From Podarcis cretensis (lineage: Eukaryota), in contig OX638162.1 of assembly GCA_951804945.1 (NCBI GenBank), positions 36,828,001-36,892,000 of the forward strand: a stretch of DNA of 64,000 bases, in the 5' to 3' direction. The notes under the pieces are model-generated. The model was not told the origin of the DNA. It did no database searches and saw only the letters and a list, made by a program, of their open reading frames with translations. Positions 22,477 through 34,306 of this stretch are shown here, piece after piece (the first letter of the stretch is position 1; each line of letters begins with the position of its first letter). Made by a program: the position numbers and the translations under genes.

Positions 22477-24170
22477 TTTTTCAAGGTGGGGGGAGGCAGC
22501 ACAAAGAGCTGCCAGGCCTTCCACTTAACCCTCCTCTTGGAAAAAGGGTGTGATTGGTTCAGAGGTTCCAGAATCCCTCCCATAATGAGACCCTTGACAT
22601 GACCAGGTTCTAGAATCTTGGCTGTCCTCTGAAGCAAAGTGGTCCTGCTCACAGTCAACAGCAGCATTTGAGGTTTGGATACCCTTTCCCACACAATTTA
22701 AAATAAATTTAATTGATGCGCAGACAGCTTTTGACTCACAGTGGGCCACGATTTAAACATCTCAAACTGAGGGTGAACCAGAATGTAATCTGTTCATGAT
22801 TGTCCTAATTTATATCCTGAGAAATTAAAAACCATTTAAATAAAATGGCAGCACATTATATTAAACATTATATTAAACAGTTCTTTTGCATATGATATGA
22901 ATGCTGGCTGCTTCTGACCTAATCCATATTTAATTTTTCAACTCACCAACAGATGATTATTTTTACATCTCCTAAGGGCATGGTATGAGATATAAAGCTT
23001 AGAGCAGCAGCATGGGCATAAGGTAGGAATAACTGGCCAGGCAAGCAGCACCAAGATTTAGGGATCATTTGGATCAATAAACTGAACTTGACCAACTATG
23101 CTATCCTGTAGCATGGAAGGCTGATGTTTCAGATTAAATGGAAAGAATAGCAGTACCAAAAACCAGGGGGAAAACAACAATATGGTTTGACTTGGCACTT
23201 GTTAGATATTATGTGCAGTAGTTCCAATTTGCCTTATGTTAATTTATAAGTTGGTATTGACCTTTAAAGCCCTTCACAGTTTAGGACCAAGATCCTGTTG
23301 GATTGCCTATCTCCTCAAGAGACTAGGCACTGACATCATTAGGTGCTCCCATCACAGAAGATATAGCTGTACTTTTTGTCTTCTTATTGCTGCTAGAAAG
23401 ACCAATATGCCAAACTAATGCACTGGGAGTAAACTCCACTGAACATCATGGGACTTACTTCTAAGTAATAGTCATAAACATTTGTTCCTTGACTTGCAGA
23501 AGCTCATTAAGATGATCTTTAGAGAACTCCAGTTCTTGCATTTTATCGGTCTGCAATTTACTACAAAGTTCTAAAAGTGGTAACAAATATAGTATTCCCT
23601 TGCTGGCCAGTGGTTTATGCTCTGCATCTGGGAGCAGGAAATTTAAATGTTGCTTAAAATTACACAGCTGAATACATATCCTGGAAAGAGATTTCCTCTT
23701 TGAGGAAGAAATTCAGATGCTGTGCCATAGCTCACTAATTTTAGGAGCATTTATGCAAAAGGATTTGGGAACTCTATATAGAAAGCAGCAAGCAGTAAAG
23801 TTCACTGTGTTCTTTTAATTCAGTATAAAAAGTGGAATGAAACTCAAAAGTGTCTCATGGTGCCATCTTGGCTCATTAAGAAGTAGGTTTGTGCAGAATC
23901 GTGATAACAAAAAAATATATATTATGCAGCAGTAAAAAAGGGGGAGGATGTAAGTGACCAGAAGCTTTCAAGAAGAATCGCCTGAGCGTTTAAAGTTTCA
24001 CTGCTTTTTGTGAAGTAACGAAGGTCACCTTTCCTTCACAGTATCCTACTCACTAAGTTCTCTTGTGCAACTATGCCTCTAATGCCTCCCATAAACAGAG
24101 CTCAGTGCCAGTTCTAAGCAGCCAGTGCGTCAAGGTTTTGCTTTCCAGCGGACAAAGACTCCCATTAGGT

Positions 24171-24339
24171 TCAGGTGTATTCACAGAGGTGACCACAGCC
24201 TGCAGGGCAATGGGAACTGGTCTCCAGCCATTTCATGATGTGCTGCAGGTGGCCACCATGACTGCAGCCCTGGCACCACACGAACAGACCCTTCACTACG
24301 TGGTGGCACACAGCACACATGCTGGCACACTGCCGACAT
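24171..24339 (-). CDS. WDR24: WDR24 coding exon 9 (RING, stop)
   Basis: [30 protein letters not shown]...CEYT, TGA at 24171-24173. Confidence 0.95.
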
Positions 24340-27300
24340 CTGAAACGAGACCACAGAATGAATCAACTAAAAGAAAATGACTTATCTTAGCAGTCAAATG
24401 CAACACAGATTCTGGAACATAAGAATCCCAATGAGAGCTAATGTGATTACTGATGGACAAGGAGTAGGGAGACCCAGGTGCAAGTCCCTCACTCAGCCAT
24501 GAAGCTCACTCATCCGAACTTACTTCAGAGGGTTGCGTGAATAAAATGGTGCATGGTCATGTGTGTGAGAGAGAAACATGAAGGCCAGCCTAAGCTCCTT
24601 GGAGCAAAAGTAGGAAATAATTGTAAGAAATACAAAAAAATAAATAAAATGTGAAAAGCAGTTGTAGTCTCTGCAGCTGGTAGGAGCATGGCTCACCTGA
24701 AATTATACACCAATTCATTTTTCACCACTATTGGGAGGTGCATTATTGGGATGCATAAAGTTCGCAAGAGGTATAGATATGAGATCCATTCTGACCCACT
24801 GAACCAGCACATCAGTCATGAATGGATAGGAGCCCATCAGGAGCTCAAAAAACCTCTGTTTTGCTGCCTTATGACCGCATTGTAATCAGGTGCCTGGGAT
24901 GTCTCTGTTGGCTTGATGTACCATAAATTGAGGAGGTCTGTTCTAAATTTCTGTATTCCACTATACTTCTTAAACTGCATGGAAAAGGATGTAAGCAGTT
25001 GTGAAGTGATTTTGTTTCCCAGGAATTTTTAAAAAACACTTTTGCTACACCACTGTGTTGAACCAAAGGCGAGATGTTCCAGAAGCTCTGCAAACACCAT
25101 CTTGGTAGTCAAGATAACGCTACAATTAATTAGTCGTTTTTGCAATAATGAGCTGATGTATGTTTATATTCACTTGCTCTGATATATGCAAATTGGCTTG
25201 CTTTAATGCTATGCTTATCTGTGGACCCTGGAATGCTGGGCTCTCGGCCCAGAGGGGAGCTATCTGTAAGCCTTGGATAACTGCTACCTATGGCCTCACC
25301 AGCCAGGTGTGATGGGAGGTTCAAGGTAAATTGATGTATGCTGCTTTGTGCATAAAGGATGTATATACACATTTGCTTGGGCGCTGACAAGTCATGACGA
25401 CCTCTCACTGTTGTGGTGTCCATTCCGCATCTGTAAAAGCAGTGAGGCTCTGCACACTGTGCTGTAAATTTACACTTTTTAAAAATAAAGCACCCGAACT
25501 GGCCATTCTGGCATTTTTTTCATCCTCTTTTGGACATCCTTCAAGAATCAGTCCACTATCATAGGTCACATCATATGATCTTCTATAAAATGAGTAAGGC
25601 ACACATAGCTTCAAAAGCCTTCATGTAATCCTGAGTGTGGGGTGGTAAAATGATTTTTAGCTCCTGGAAAACAAAATCACTTCTAGCTTCACTTCAGGAA
25701 GTATGTATGCAAAGTGCTACTTAAAAGAGGGTCAATAATTTAAGATGCTTTGCGTGCAGGCGATCCCAGGTTCAATCCCCAGTCCTGAGGGTTGCAAAAC
25801 ACCCCTGCTTGTGATCTTAGAAAGCTACTGCCACCAGAGTAAGCAATTTCAGATCAGATGAACAGTTGTCTGACCTGGAATAAGGCAGATTCATATAATT
25901 ATTCCCAGCATGTCACAAAACTAAAACCTCTATCAATAAAAAACTAAAACTATCAATAAATTACAGCAAATCTAAAATTATGGTGTTCTCAAAAAAAAAA
26001 GAAGGAAACACAAATGGAGAATTAATGGTCAACCTATTGACCAGGTAGCAACTTTCAAATACCTGGGAATAACTTTTCAGGAAAGGGTCTTGTGGCACCA
26101 ACAGATGAAAAACGCCATTGCCAATGCAGGAAGGGCCAGTAAAGCCCTTACAAGATTCTTTCATGGGAAAGGGGGAAAATACGTTCCGGCGGCCTCCCAG
26201 GTTTTTGCTGCAAAAATACTCCCACAACTCACTTATGGATCCCAGGTCTGCAGTTTTAAAAATTTTGCGCCTATGGAGGCATTTCAAACAAAATTCTATC
26301 GGTGTTTATTGGGGATCCCCCCTTGTGTATCTAATATAGCTGTCCGCTTAGAAGTTGGACAACCACCCGTTAACGCACGGCTGTGGATTCTAAAGATACA
26401 CTACTGGTTAAAACTTATTTTTTCCCCGGCCGGTTTGGCTCCCTTAACACTCTTAGACACCTTTCATTCTACCTGGAAAGCTTCCCTGTTTGAAAAGATA
26501 AGAAGCTTGGGATTCTCCTCGCAGATCTTAATAGCGGCAGGATATGAGAGTGCCAGAAGTCAAGTGCTCCAACGCATTAGGGACATAGAGCAAAATGGAT
26601 AAACATGCCACAATTAGAGACTTTGGGAGAGGGTTCTCACCCGCAAATTATCTGGCTGATTTACAAATACCTAAGTACAGACACTCCTTTACCCTGGCCA
26701 GATTCAACATTCTGCCCTCTGCCCTGTTGTTAGGCAGCTATGAGGGCAAACCATATGAGTCACGTGTTTGCCCATGTGGCTCATCGGAAGTGGAAACAAG
26801 TCTGCATGTATTGCTGCACTGTAGTTATTACGAGGACTTACGTCTGACCTTTATTGCCCCAGTTCTACAAAAGCTTAAAAATAAACCAGAACTCCTATGT
26901 ATGAGAGCCTTGGTAGAAGATAAGGTCCCTGAAATTACGATCAATGTTGCCAAATTCTGTGTAGCCGCTATTAGGCGCAGGAAACAAGAGCTTTCCAATG
27001 TCAATATGCAGGCGAAGGCAAATATTTAATTTTATTTATGCTGTCTAATTTTAAATTGTTGTTATGGCCTAATCTGTATTGAAATTGTCCTTTGTTCTTC
27101 TGGTGTTATCTTTTGCTGACTAGCTGTACGAGTTAATCTGGTCTGTGACCGTTTAATAAACTTTGATTTGATTTGAAACCTCTATATGTGCATACATGCA
27201 CACAGTGTGTCTCTGCACAGGCCGCTCACCTGTCACAAATCCAGCCTTTGTTGCTCATGGGTCTTTTGCAATTGCTGCAGTTGATGTGCAGTGTAGTGGA

Positions 27301-30300
27301 GGCCTGGTTGAGGCAGTTGATGGCTCTGCACGTGCTCAGTTTGATCACCTCATTGGAGATGTTCCACAGCTGGAAGCGCTGCAGCAAGTCAATGTATGAA
27401 GTGTACCAGTGTTCCTGTGGGGTTTTAAGGCATTGCACACAAGTCACTTACAGTATTCGTCTCCAGAAATCTCTTTCAACCTCTCTCTTGCAACTCAAAC
27501 CCTTTATTTTATTGAAATACTCATATATTGCCTTTTCATTTTTTTAAAAAAAAGATGCACTCAAGTCTATGAACTCCTTTTTTTTTTTTAAAGAAGTCTA
27601 TGAACAACTTCTAATGCAGGTGAAATAGAACGCAAAATTCATATGGATCTTCCAATGTTCCACAGATGGATATTTTAAAGTTGGCCCTGGCCCATCAAAT
27701 TGGAAATAGCTGGCAGGTGTTTTGATAGCCAGACAATCTAGACCAACTTCACTTAATATACTACCACAAGCATTAACATGAAGAGAGCTATTTTATTTCA
27801 CACACTTGCTGCCTTTCAGTAAACATGGAATTCAAGGTGGAGTATAAATGGATCCTGGGAAGACTCCCATCCAGGCCTTCACCAGACCCAGACCTCCTCA
27901 TGGCCACTACCCATTCCACATGCCTCTCCTTCTGTGCCTGATCAGCACCAGCTCTGATAGAGACAGAGGATAAGTTGTGCAGAGCTTACTACTCCTTCTC
28001 CTTGTATCTCTTGCTGCTTGCTCCCTTGGGGAGGGCAGGTGAATAGGCAACAACAGTTAGGAGGAGGCGCAGCAGGATAGGAGTTTTTGTGGATTGGGAT
28101 AGGCTCCTTATTGAGTGTGCAGCTTTCAGCAGGTATCTGGTAATTATGACCACCAATCCTAATCCTAAAATATAGAACAGGGAGGTACCTGTGCCTGGTC
28201 ATCAATCTCCTTCCGGATACGATCCCCCAACACGATAAGTACAGACACCGCCATCTGCACATCCCCCTGCTCGGCATAGAAGAGCAACATGTCACGGACA
28301 ATGGGGCTGAAGAAGTCAGCAGGCAGACGGCTGTCATACAGAGAGTGAGAGATGGAGATCAGGGAGAAAGATTCCACAGGTGTCAGCGACACAGTCTCTG
28401 CCTCATTGCCACTGACATGTGGGGAGTCTGCTTTGTCTTGTAAGTGATCCAGTGCAGAGGGATTGTCCACAATCTCATGGCGCAAAGGGAAGGCCTCCTG
28501 GGGAAGGATGTACTCTTGCTCCTCAGCTGTTAAGAAAACATGGACCCATGAGAGGGAAGGCAGACAGGGAAAAATAAACAATTCCACCCAACACAGAAAG
28601 GGGAACAGGAAGGACCACAGTTCTCAAGAGTATATATACTCACTGTGAGGATTCTCATGGTCTATCATGTACAGGTCATCTTCATCTCCTTCCACATCCC
28701 CAAGGAGATAATCTGCAGGGACATCACTGCCTTCAGTCTCTTCGTTCTCTAGACATCCAAGAGTAAAAAAAAGAGGGAAGCAGAAAAGGAAGTGAGAAAC
28801 GGTTCTCAGGTTTCTATGCAGTGTTGGGGGAGAGGTATGTCACCACTCTCACCATCGTTATTGATCAGTGTGGAGGAAGAATCCATGAGGATGTTTTCAG
28901 GTCGGTTCTCTCCCTTGCTCCTCTCCATCCTTGATTCACTGCCTATCCCAGAAGGAATATCTTTCAAGTTAAAACTGGAAGGGAAACACAAATCTGTTTT
29001 ACACCCAGGTAAAACCTGATGCTTCCAGCTTCCCTTCTACATCCTGGTACCCAAGTCCCCCACTGGTTGCAATTCCTGGTAACCAAGTAACCACACAAAT
29101 ATTGTATCATTAAGATTTTCAGTTCAATTTTTCTCACTGCTCACACGAGAACATACTGAGAGACCAGTAGCACTTCTGAACTTATCAGCAAGGTGCATTT
29201 TTTCTGCCCTGTTGTATGCCCTATTTCCAAGGGCTCAAGAGTAGAAATGCGAGTCTTCTCACTTTTATCCAGATGAACACTCTGCCTAATGCAAATGGTG
29301 CTGGTAATGTGTAAATGAGACCTCTCATGCAACCAGCCCACCTATATTTGCCACAGTCAACATTCTACCTCCCATCTCACAACCAAGATCAAGGATACTG
29401 AAGCCTTTTTTACCTGTTCATGAGTGGAAGGCTAGAACTACTCTTCCCAATGCTGTGATTAAGGTTTGAAGAGGGCACAGTGCTAGGGCTAGAGTAAATA
29501 ATTCGGAGCATGGTCCATGTCTGAGCAACCTGAAAAATAAGAGAAAGAACAGAAAGAGTTAAACTATCAACAGCCACGTCTTTCAGCTAAGGAAAAGGAA
29601 TAGAGGCAAATGAGACACAAAGAGTGAGGTATTGGGCTGGAGGCCACCACACACCACCAAAACAATTTCAGGTAATGTCTTATGGGAGAGGGGCTGAACA
29701 TAGCCCTGGACTCCTCTTTACATGCCAGGAAACTCCTAGCTCTCTCTCAGGAATTTCAGGACTGAGACTTAGTTCACAGCAGAGGAATAACACATGCAAC
29801 ATCAGCCTCTACAACTGGTAAAGGTAAAGGGACTCCTGACCATTAGGTCCAGTTGTGGACAACTCTGGGGTTGTGGTGCTCATCTCTCTTTACTGGCCAA
29901 GGGAGCCGGCGTACAGCTTCCGGGTCATGTGGCCAGCATGACTAAGCCGCTTCTGGCGAACCAGAGCAGCGCACAGAAACGCCGTTTACCTTCCCGCTGG
30001 AGCGGTACCTATTTATCTACTTGCACTGTGTGCTTTCAAACTGCTAGGTGGGCAGGTGCTGGGACCGAACAATGGGAGCTCACCCCGTCGCGAGGATTCG
30101 AACCCCCAACCTTCTGATTGGCAACTGGTAGGAAGTATAATATCTCTGGATTGGTAAGGTCTCTTATAAAATACTACAAGTATAGACTTCTGCTCACTAC
30201 ACATTCTGCTTGTGCCACTTAAGGCATTAGGAATGGGAAACTTATGGCCCTCCATCAATTGCACTCAAGGCAGACTCACTGGAATTAAAATTAGTCTTGA

Positions 30301-33203
30301 CTATTCATTTCAATGGGCTTATTCTAAGTAAAAGTTACTTGACTAGAGCCCCATGCGTTACTGGACAGTAACTCCCATTATCCTCAGCCACTGGCCACAC
30401 TGGTTGAGGCTGATGGGAACTGGGAGTGCAACATCAGAAAAGCCATAGTCTCCCCGCACTTGACTTAAGGCTCTAATTCAGGCCCGTGTTCTGGCGTCAT
30501 TACAAGCCACCAACCTCAGCAAAGAGACTTTTGGTACTCTGAGTTGAACATATATGCTGCAGGTTTGCATTCCAATACAATCAACCATGGCATCTCCTTC
30601 CTGGGTGCCCGCTGGGACTAGGTTATGTTGTAGCCCCCTCCCCAAATCTACCAAAGTATAAGCGAATAACTCCTGCACAAAGGGAGCCCTTACCTGGTTG
30701 CGCTTGAGCTCTTTGGCTACTTTGGCATTATGGTCACACAGCTCTGCCAGTGGTCTCCCTGTCAGCACATACTGCTTGGCGGTCCGCACAAACCAGTCCA
30801 TGCTACCAGCATCACACTCTGTGTCTGCTTCAAATACACTTAGGGCACTGGAAGAGGAGATGAACTCAAACTGTTCTGTGGGGTCTAGCTTGCGCTTGAA
30901 GAAGATAGGATGGCGCCGATCACGCTTACGGTTAGAATCAGAGGAGATGAGGCTCTCCTTGGCAGCAAAAGCCAGGTCCCCAAAGAGGCTGTAACAAAGC
31001 CCCTCAGGGTTAGCCCGGTCAATAGGCTGGATGGCATCCTTGAAGATATGCTGGTAAAGAGTGCTATCCTTAGAGCCAGACAAGAGGAAGTAAGGATCGT
31101 GGAGATGACGCCACACAATCCCTGTGGTGACATCTTTGTGTTCCTCAAACATGGCAGAGGGGATGAAAGGCCGACGTACATCCCACACATAGATGTTGTG
31201 GTCCACCATCATGGAGCATGTGGCAATGTGGTGTTTGCATTCAGGCCGCCACTTGACCCTTGCCACAGAGGCTATTGTCTGCACACAGTATATCTCTTTG
31301 GCCCGGTTGGTGTTCATGTCCCAGACCTTTACCATCTTATCTCGGCCCCCTGTGGCCAACCAGCCCCTAGATGAAGAGAAGAGAAGCTTAAGTGGCCAGT
31401 AAACAGTTCAGCAACCACCACTTTTCTTATACATGATCTACACTGACCTTATACCCAGCTACCAACTCACAACACTGCTAAAGCATGAGGGGCTAACCTG
31501 TAGCCCTCCAAATATGTTCAACTACAACTCCCATCATGCCTGACCAGCAGTCATGCTGGCTGGAGTTGATGGGAATTGGACCCCCCATGTCTCTACTCCT
31601 GAGAGCTTATAGCGAAGTCATCAGTGACAGTGAGGGGTGGGGTGAGCACACATCCCAATCCTTGCTCTCACACACCTGTAAGTCTTCTTTTCTTATCTGC
31701 ATGACAAAACCCTCATACATCCAAAAATGCTGTTGGGCTACAGCTCCCATAAACCTTAGCCAGCATGGCCCCTAGTCAGGAATGACTACAGCTAGACGTC
31801 AACAACATCTGAAGGGCCACAAGTTAGGAACCTGTGCTGCAGTTCTTAGCCTAGAATTTCAAATTTAGGAAAATAATTTATACAGCATACTAACAAAAAC
31901 AAGTTCTTGGAGAAAGAGCTTTGAGTTTTCTAAGATGCATTTCTATAATATAATGCTTAAAAACAAAGCACTACACGGAAGATTTTTACTTGAGGAAGGC
32001 AATCTTAAGGACAGTAAGTTCTCCATGGCTGTCTAAAATAATGTTTAAAAATAGGAAGGGAAAACTGCATATTTAAGAAGGAAGAATGTTCCATGGGCAG
32101 GGAACAGAGAAAGATGAGCTACAGAACAGAGAATCCTAGTGCACAACGTGAGATGGTGCCAAAGGGAGAAAAGGAGCGTGCACAAGAATAAAGTGAGATG
32201 AGGATATGCTTGAAGACAAAGAACAAAATTTTAGTGCAGAATTCTAGCCCCTGCTGTCCATACCTGTCTTCCGGGTGCCAATCGCAACAGAATACGGGCC
32301 CATTATGGGCTGTGAACATCCTCTCGTAGCGGTCAGGCCGGCGGATGTCCCACAGCTGAACATTTCCATTCTCAAAGGTTGCAGCAAAGGTAAAGTAATC
32401 ACGTATACTAAACTGGACGTCACGGACACTTTCTGATTGACCTGAAAGATAATGCAACAGACAGCATATTTAGCAAGTTTCATATCTGGCAGCTCATCTA
32501 GATGACGCTCACCATTTGTAATCATACTCTAGCACAACAGATTTCAGGCTCAAGGGCCAAATCAGATTCTCTCTCAATAATTTGGTCACATCTTGCTTTC
32601 GGCCCAGCCCCAACAAACTCATAGCACTGCCCTTTGACTAGGTGTAACTAGAAAAAAGTACTCTTGACCATTGCTGAGAGTGTTAAGAGTCAGGCACGGC
32701 AAATTCAGAAATGACTCCTTACCTGAGAATGTGCTAACAGAATCTTTCTTGCGCAGGTCAAAGCATTTCATGTAGCCATCCTGGGAGCCACTGAGAAGCA
32801 TGTACACCTCCGTGGGGTGGAAACACACCTTGTTAACTGTTCGTTTGTGCTCGGTGAAGAGCTGGTCCTGCTTGTTACGAGATGGTTTGCCGAGGTTCCA
32901 GGTCACGACGACGCCATTGGTGGCTGCTGTGGCCAACAAGTTCTCATCCATCTGGTGCCACACCACGTCAGCACAGCTGAAGTTCAGGGATGGCTTGCGG
33001 CCAACACGCAAGTTAAGCTTCTCCACAAACTGGTCTTCTTCTATAGAGTAGATCTTAAAGATGTTACGCCCAGCTACCACTACCTGGGCAGCATCACGAC
33101 ATACACTAATGGCATTGGCAGGGGCATCCAGGTGGCAGAACATGGTCCGTCCAGTGATAGTATTGCCACCGAGGGCAGTGGTCACCCTAGCCATTTTCTC
33201 CAT
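24171..33203 (-). CDS. WDR24: WDR24 (GATOR2 complex subunit; WD40 propeller plus C-terminal zinc-finger/RING), complete: exons 32723-33203, 32264-32441, 30694-31366, 29414-29529, 28853-28974, 28644-28748, 28189-28526, 27230-27414, 24171-24339; 2367 nt, 788 aa
   Basis: Starts [43 protein letters not shown] in GCAGCCATGG Kozak context and ends [43 protein letters not shown]. All 8 introns are GT-AG with matching phases. Confidence 0.97.
25934..27175 (+). mobile_element. 5'-truncated non-LTR retrotransposon, RTE-X-like, in WDR24 intron 8
   Basis: KSKIMVF..FKYLGI RT C-terminus and [14 protein letters not shown] zinc knuckle; frameshift near 26600; AATAAA plus (TTTGA)n tail; TSD AAACCTCTAT at 25924-25933 and 27176-27185. 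Confidence 0.8.
27230..27414 (-). CDS. WDR24: WDR24 coding exon 8
   Basis: [14 protein letters not shown]...[16 protein letters not shown], 185 nt, GTGAGC donor. Confidence 0.95.
28189..28526 (-). CDS. WDR24: WDR24 coding exon 7
   Basis: [18 protein letters not shown]...EIDDQAQ, 338 nt. Confidence 0.95.
28644..28748 (-). CDS. WDR24: WDR24 coding exon 6
   Basis: [34 protein letters not shown], 105 nt; absent from the ORF track. Confidence 0.93.
28853..28974 (-). CDS. WDR24: WDR24 coding exon 5
   Basis: [22 protein letters not shown]...TLINND, 122 nt. Confidence 0.93.
29414..29529 (-). CDS. WDR24: WDR24 coding exon 4
   Basis: [38 protein letters not shown], 116 nt; absent from the ORF track. 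Confidence 0.93.
29821..30121 (-). mobile_element. Sauria SINE, 5'-truncated
   Basis: (ACCTTT)n tail and body shared with copies at 59325 and 63410; TSD CAACTGGTA at 29812-29820 and 30122-30130. Confidence 0.88.
30694..31366 (-). CDS. WDR24: WDR24 coding exon 3
   Basis: [16 protein letters not shown]...ELKRNQ, 673 nt, TAG acceptor, GTAAGG donor. Confidence 0.95.
32264..32441 (-). CDS. WDR24: WDR24 coding exon 2
   Basis: [10 protein letters not shown]...CCDWHPED, 178 nt, CAG acceptor, GTATGG donor. Confidence 0.95.
32723..33203 (-). CDS. WDR24: WDR24 coding exon 1
   Basis: ATG 33203 to SVSTFS(G), GTAAGG donor, 481 nt. Confidence 0.95.
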
Positions 33204-33666
33204 GGCTGCCTTCTGAGGGGCTCTCTGTGGTTCTGAGGGATCTCCCAATGACCACAGAGCAGGAGTGTCTACAGCTATATCTTAATGGACAACTTCACAA
33301 AATTAAACTCAATCTTGCAAGCTCCTTATCACTAAAGCTTCATTTTTAAAAAGGAATATTCAGCACTTGAAATAAGGTACTACCCAGAAATGGGCAGCAT
33401 CTTAACACAAGGAAATGTCATGAAGTGATCACATAAAGCCAATGCTTACAGCTCCAGAGTTAGTTGCAAGCTCTTCTAATTTGCATTGAAAGCTTACTTG
33501 GCTTTAGGTCTACCTTGTGTGGAAATTTCTTTGTAAACCATCAAGCACTTTTCCTACTTTCAAGCAGACTCTTGACAGAAACTTTTCACTTGCAGGATAG
33601 CTTCTGGCCGAAGAAATTCAGCAAAGTTCTGCAATACAAGACAGAATTGTTCAGGATGCAGACCAA

Positions 33667-33674
33667 CACACACA

Positions 33675-33725
<51 letters not shown>
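33667..33725. repeat. Compound (CA)n(GA)n microsatellite
   Basis: Direct reading. Confidence 0.95.
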
Positions 33726-33729
<4 letters not shown>

Positions 33730-33890
33730 TTAGTTAAGCAATAAACATCTCTCTCAAAGCATTGGACACTGAAACAAGACCAGTATCCACCATTATAGAA
33801 GTTGCCATTTGCTTCTGAGAAGAACCTGCATAAAAGAAACTGACACACCACTAAAGGCAAATGTTTTAATGCCTTTCATATTTTATTTAT

Positions 33891-34306
33891 TTGTTGCCAT
33901 CCGTCTGTCTCAAGAGAGATGGAGTGCGCCTCCGGGGGGTGAAGTCAAACTGCTGGAGAATCACAGCACCTGCCGTGGCTGCAGAGACCAGCAATTAATA
34001 ACTGCTACCCGCCCCCATTCTTATTGTTGCATTAGCAGCACCAAAGTGACCTCCCTGGGGTACAAGCCTGGCCAGTGTGCACTGAGGTCCTGGACTGCCC
34101 AGAGGACAAGACCGCCCTCTCTGCCTTGTTGATGTGGTCCAAAGGGAAGCAGAACAATACATTTGGCACCAGCTTGGCTGCAGGAGTTGCCATAAAGTGT
34201 AGAAGACGACATCCCACCAACCGCCTTAGGGACTCCACTCTGGATTTGTGTAGGGTTTACTCCTTGGCCTTTTCTTTTCCCAAAGATGTCCTGCAAGGCA
34301 GCAGGT
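33891..34306 (+). mobile_element. Interspersed repeat resembling the 5' UTR of an RTE-clade LINE
   Basis: Resemblance from memory only (GGAGTGCGCCTCCGGGGG..., CCGCCTTAGGGACTCCACTCTGGATTTGTGTAGGGTTTACTCC); flanked by TTTATTTATTT on both sides. Confidence 0.4.

Noticed and set aside
22525-22749. 74-aa ORF in frame with KLHL10 and separated by one TAA (possible N-terminal extension or read-through)
   Set aside because: Non-ATG start, no homology recognised; the KLHL10 ATG at 22476 gives a length matching the orthologue.
26090-27029. 170-aa and 144-aa ORFs as a nested antisense gene
   Set aside because: Frameshifted halves of a truncated LINE ORF.
29794-30117. Similar ORFs at 29794, 59401 and 63423 (..[15 protein letters not shown]..) that look like a gene family
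   Set aside because: They are antisense translations of Sauria SINE copies bounded by TSDs.
18294-33236. Plus-strand ORFs mirroring KLHL10 and WDR24 exons
   Set aside because: Antisense shadows of real coding exons.
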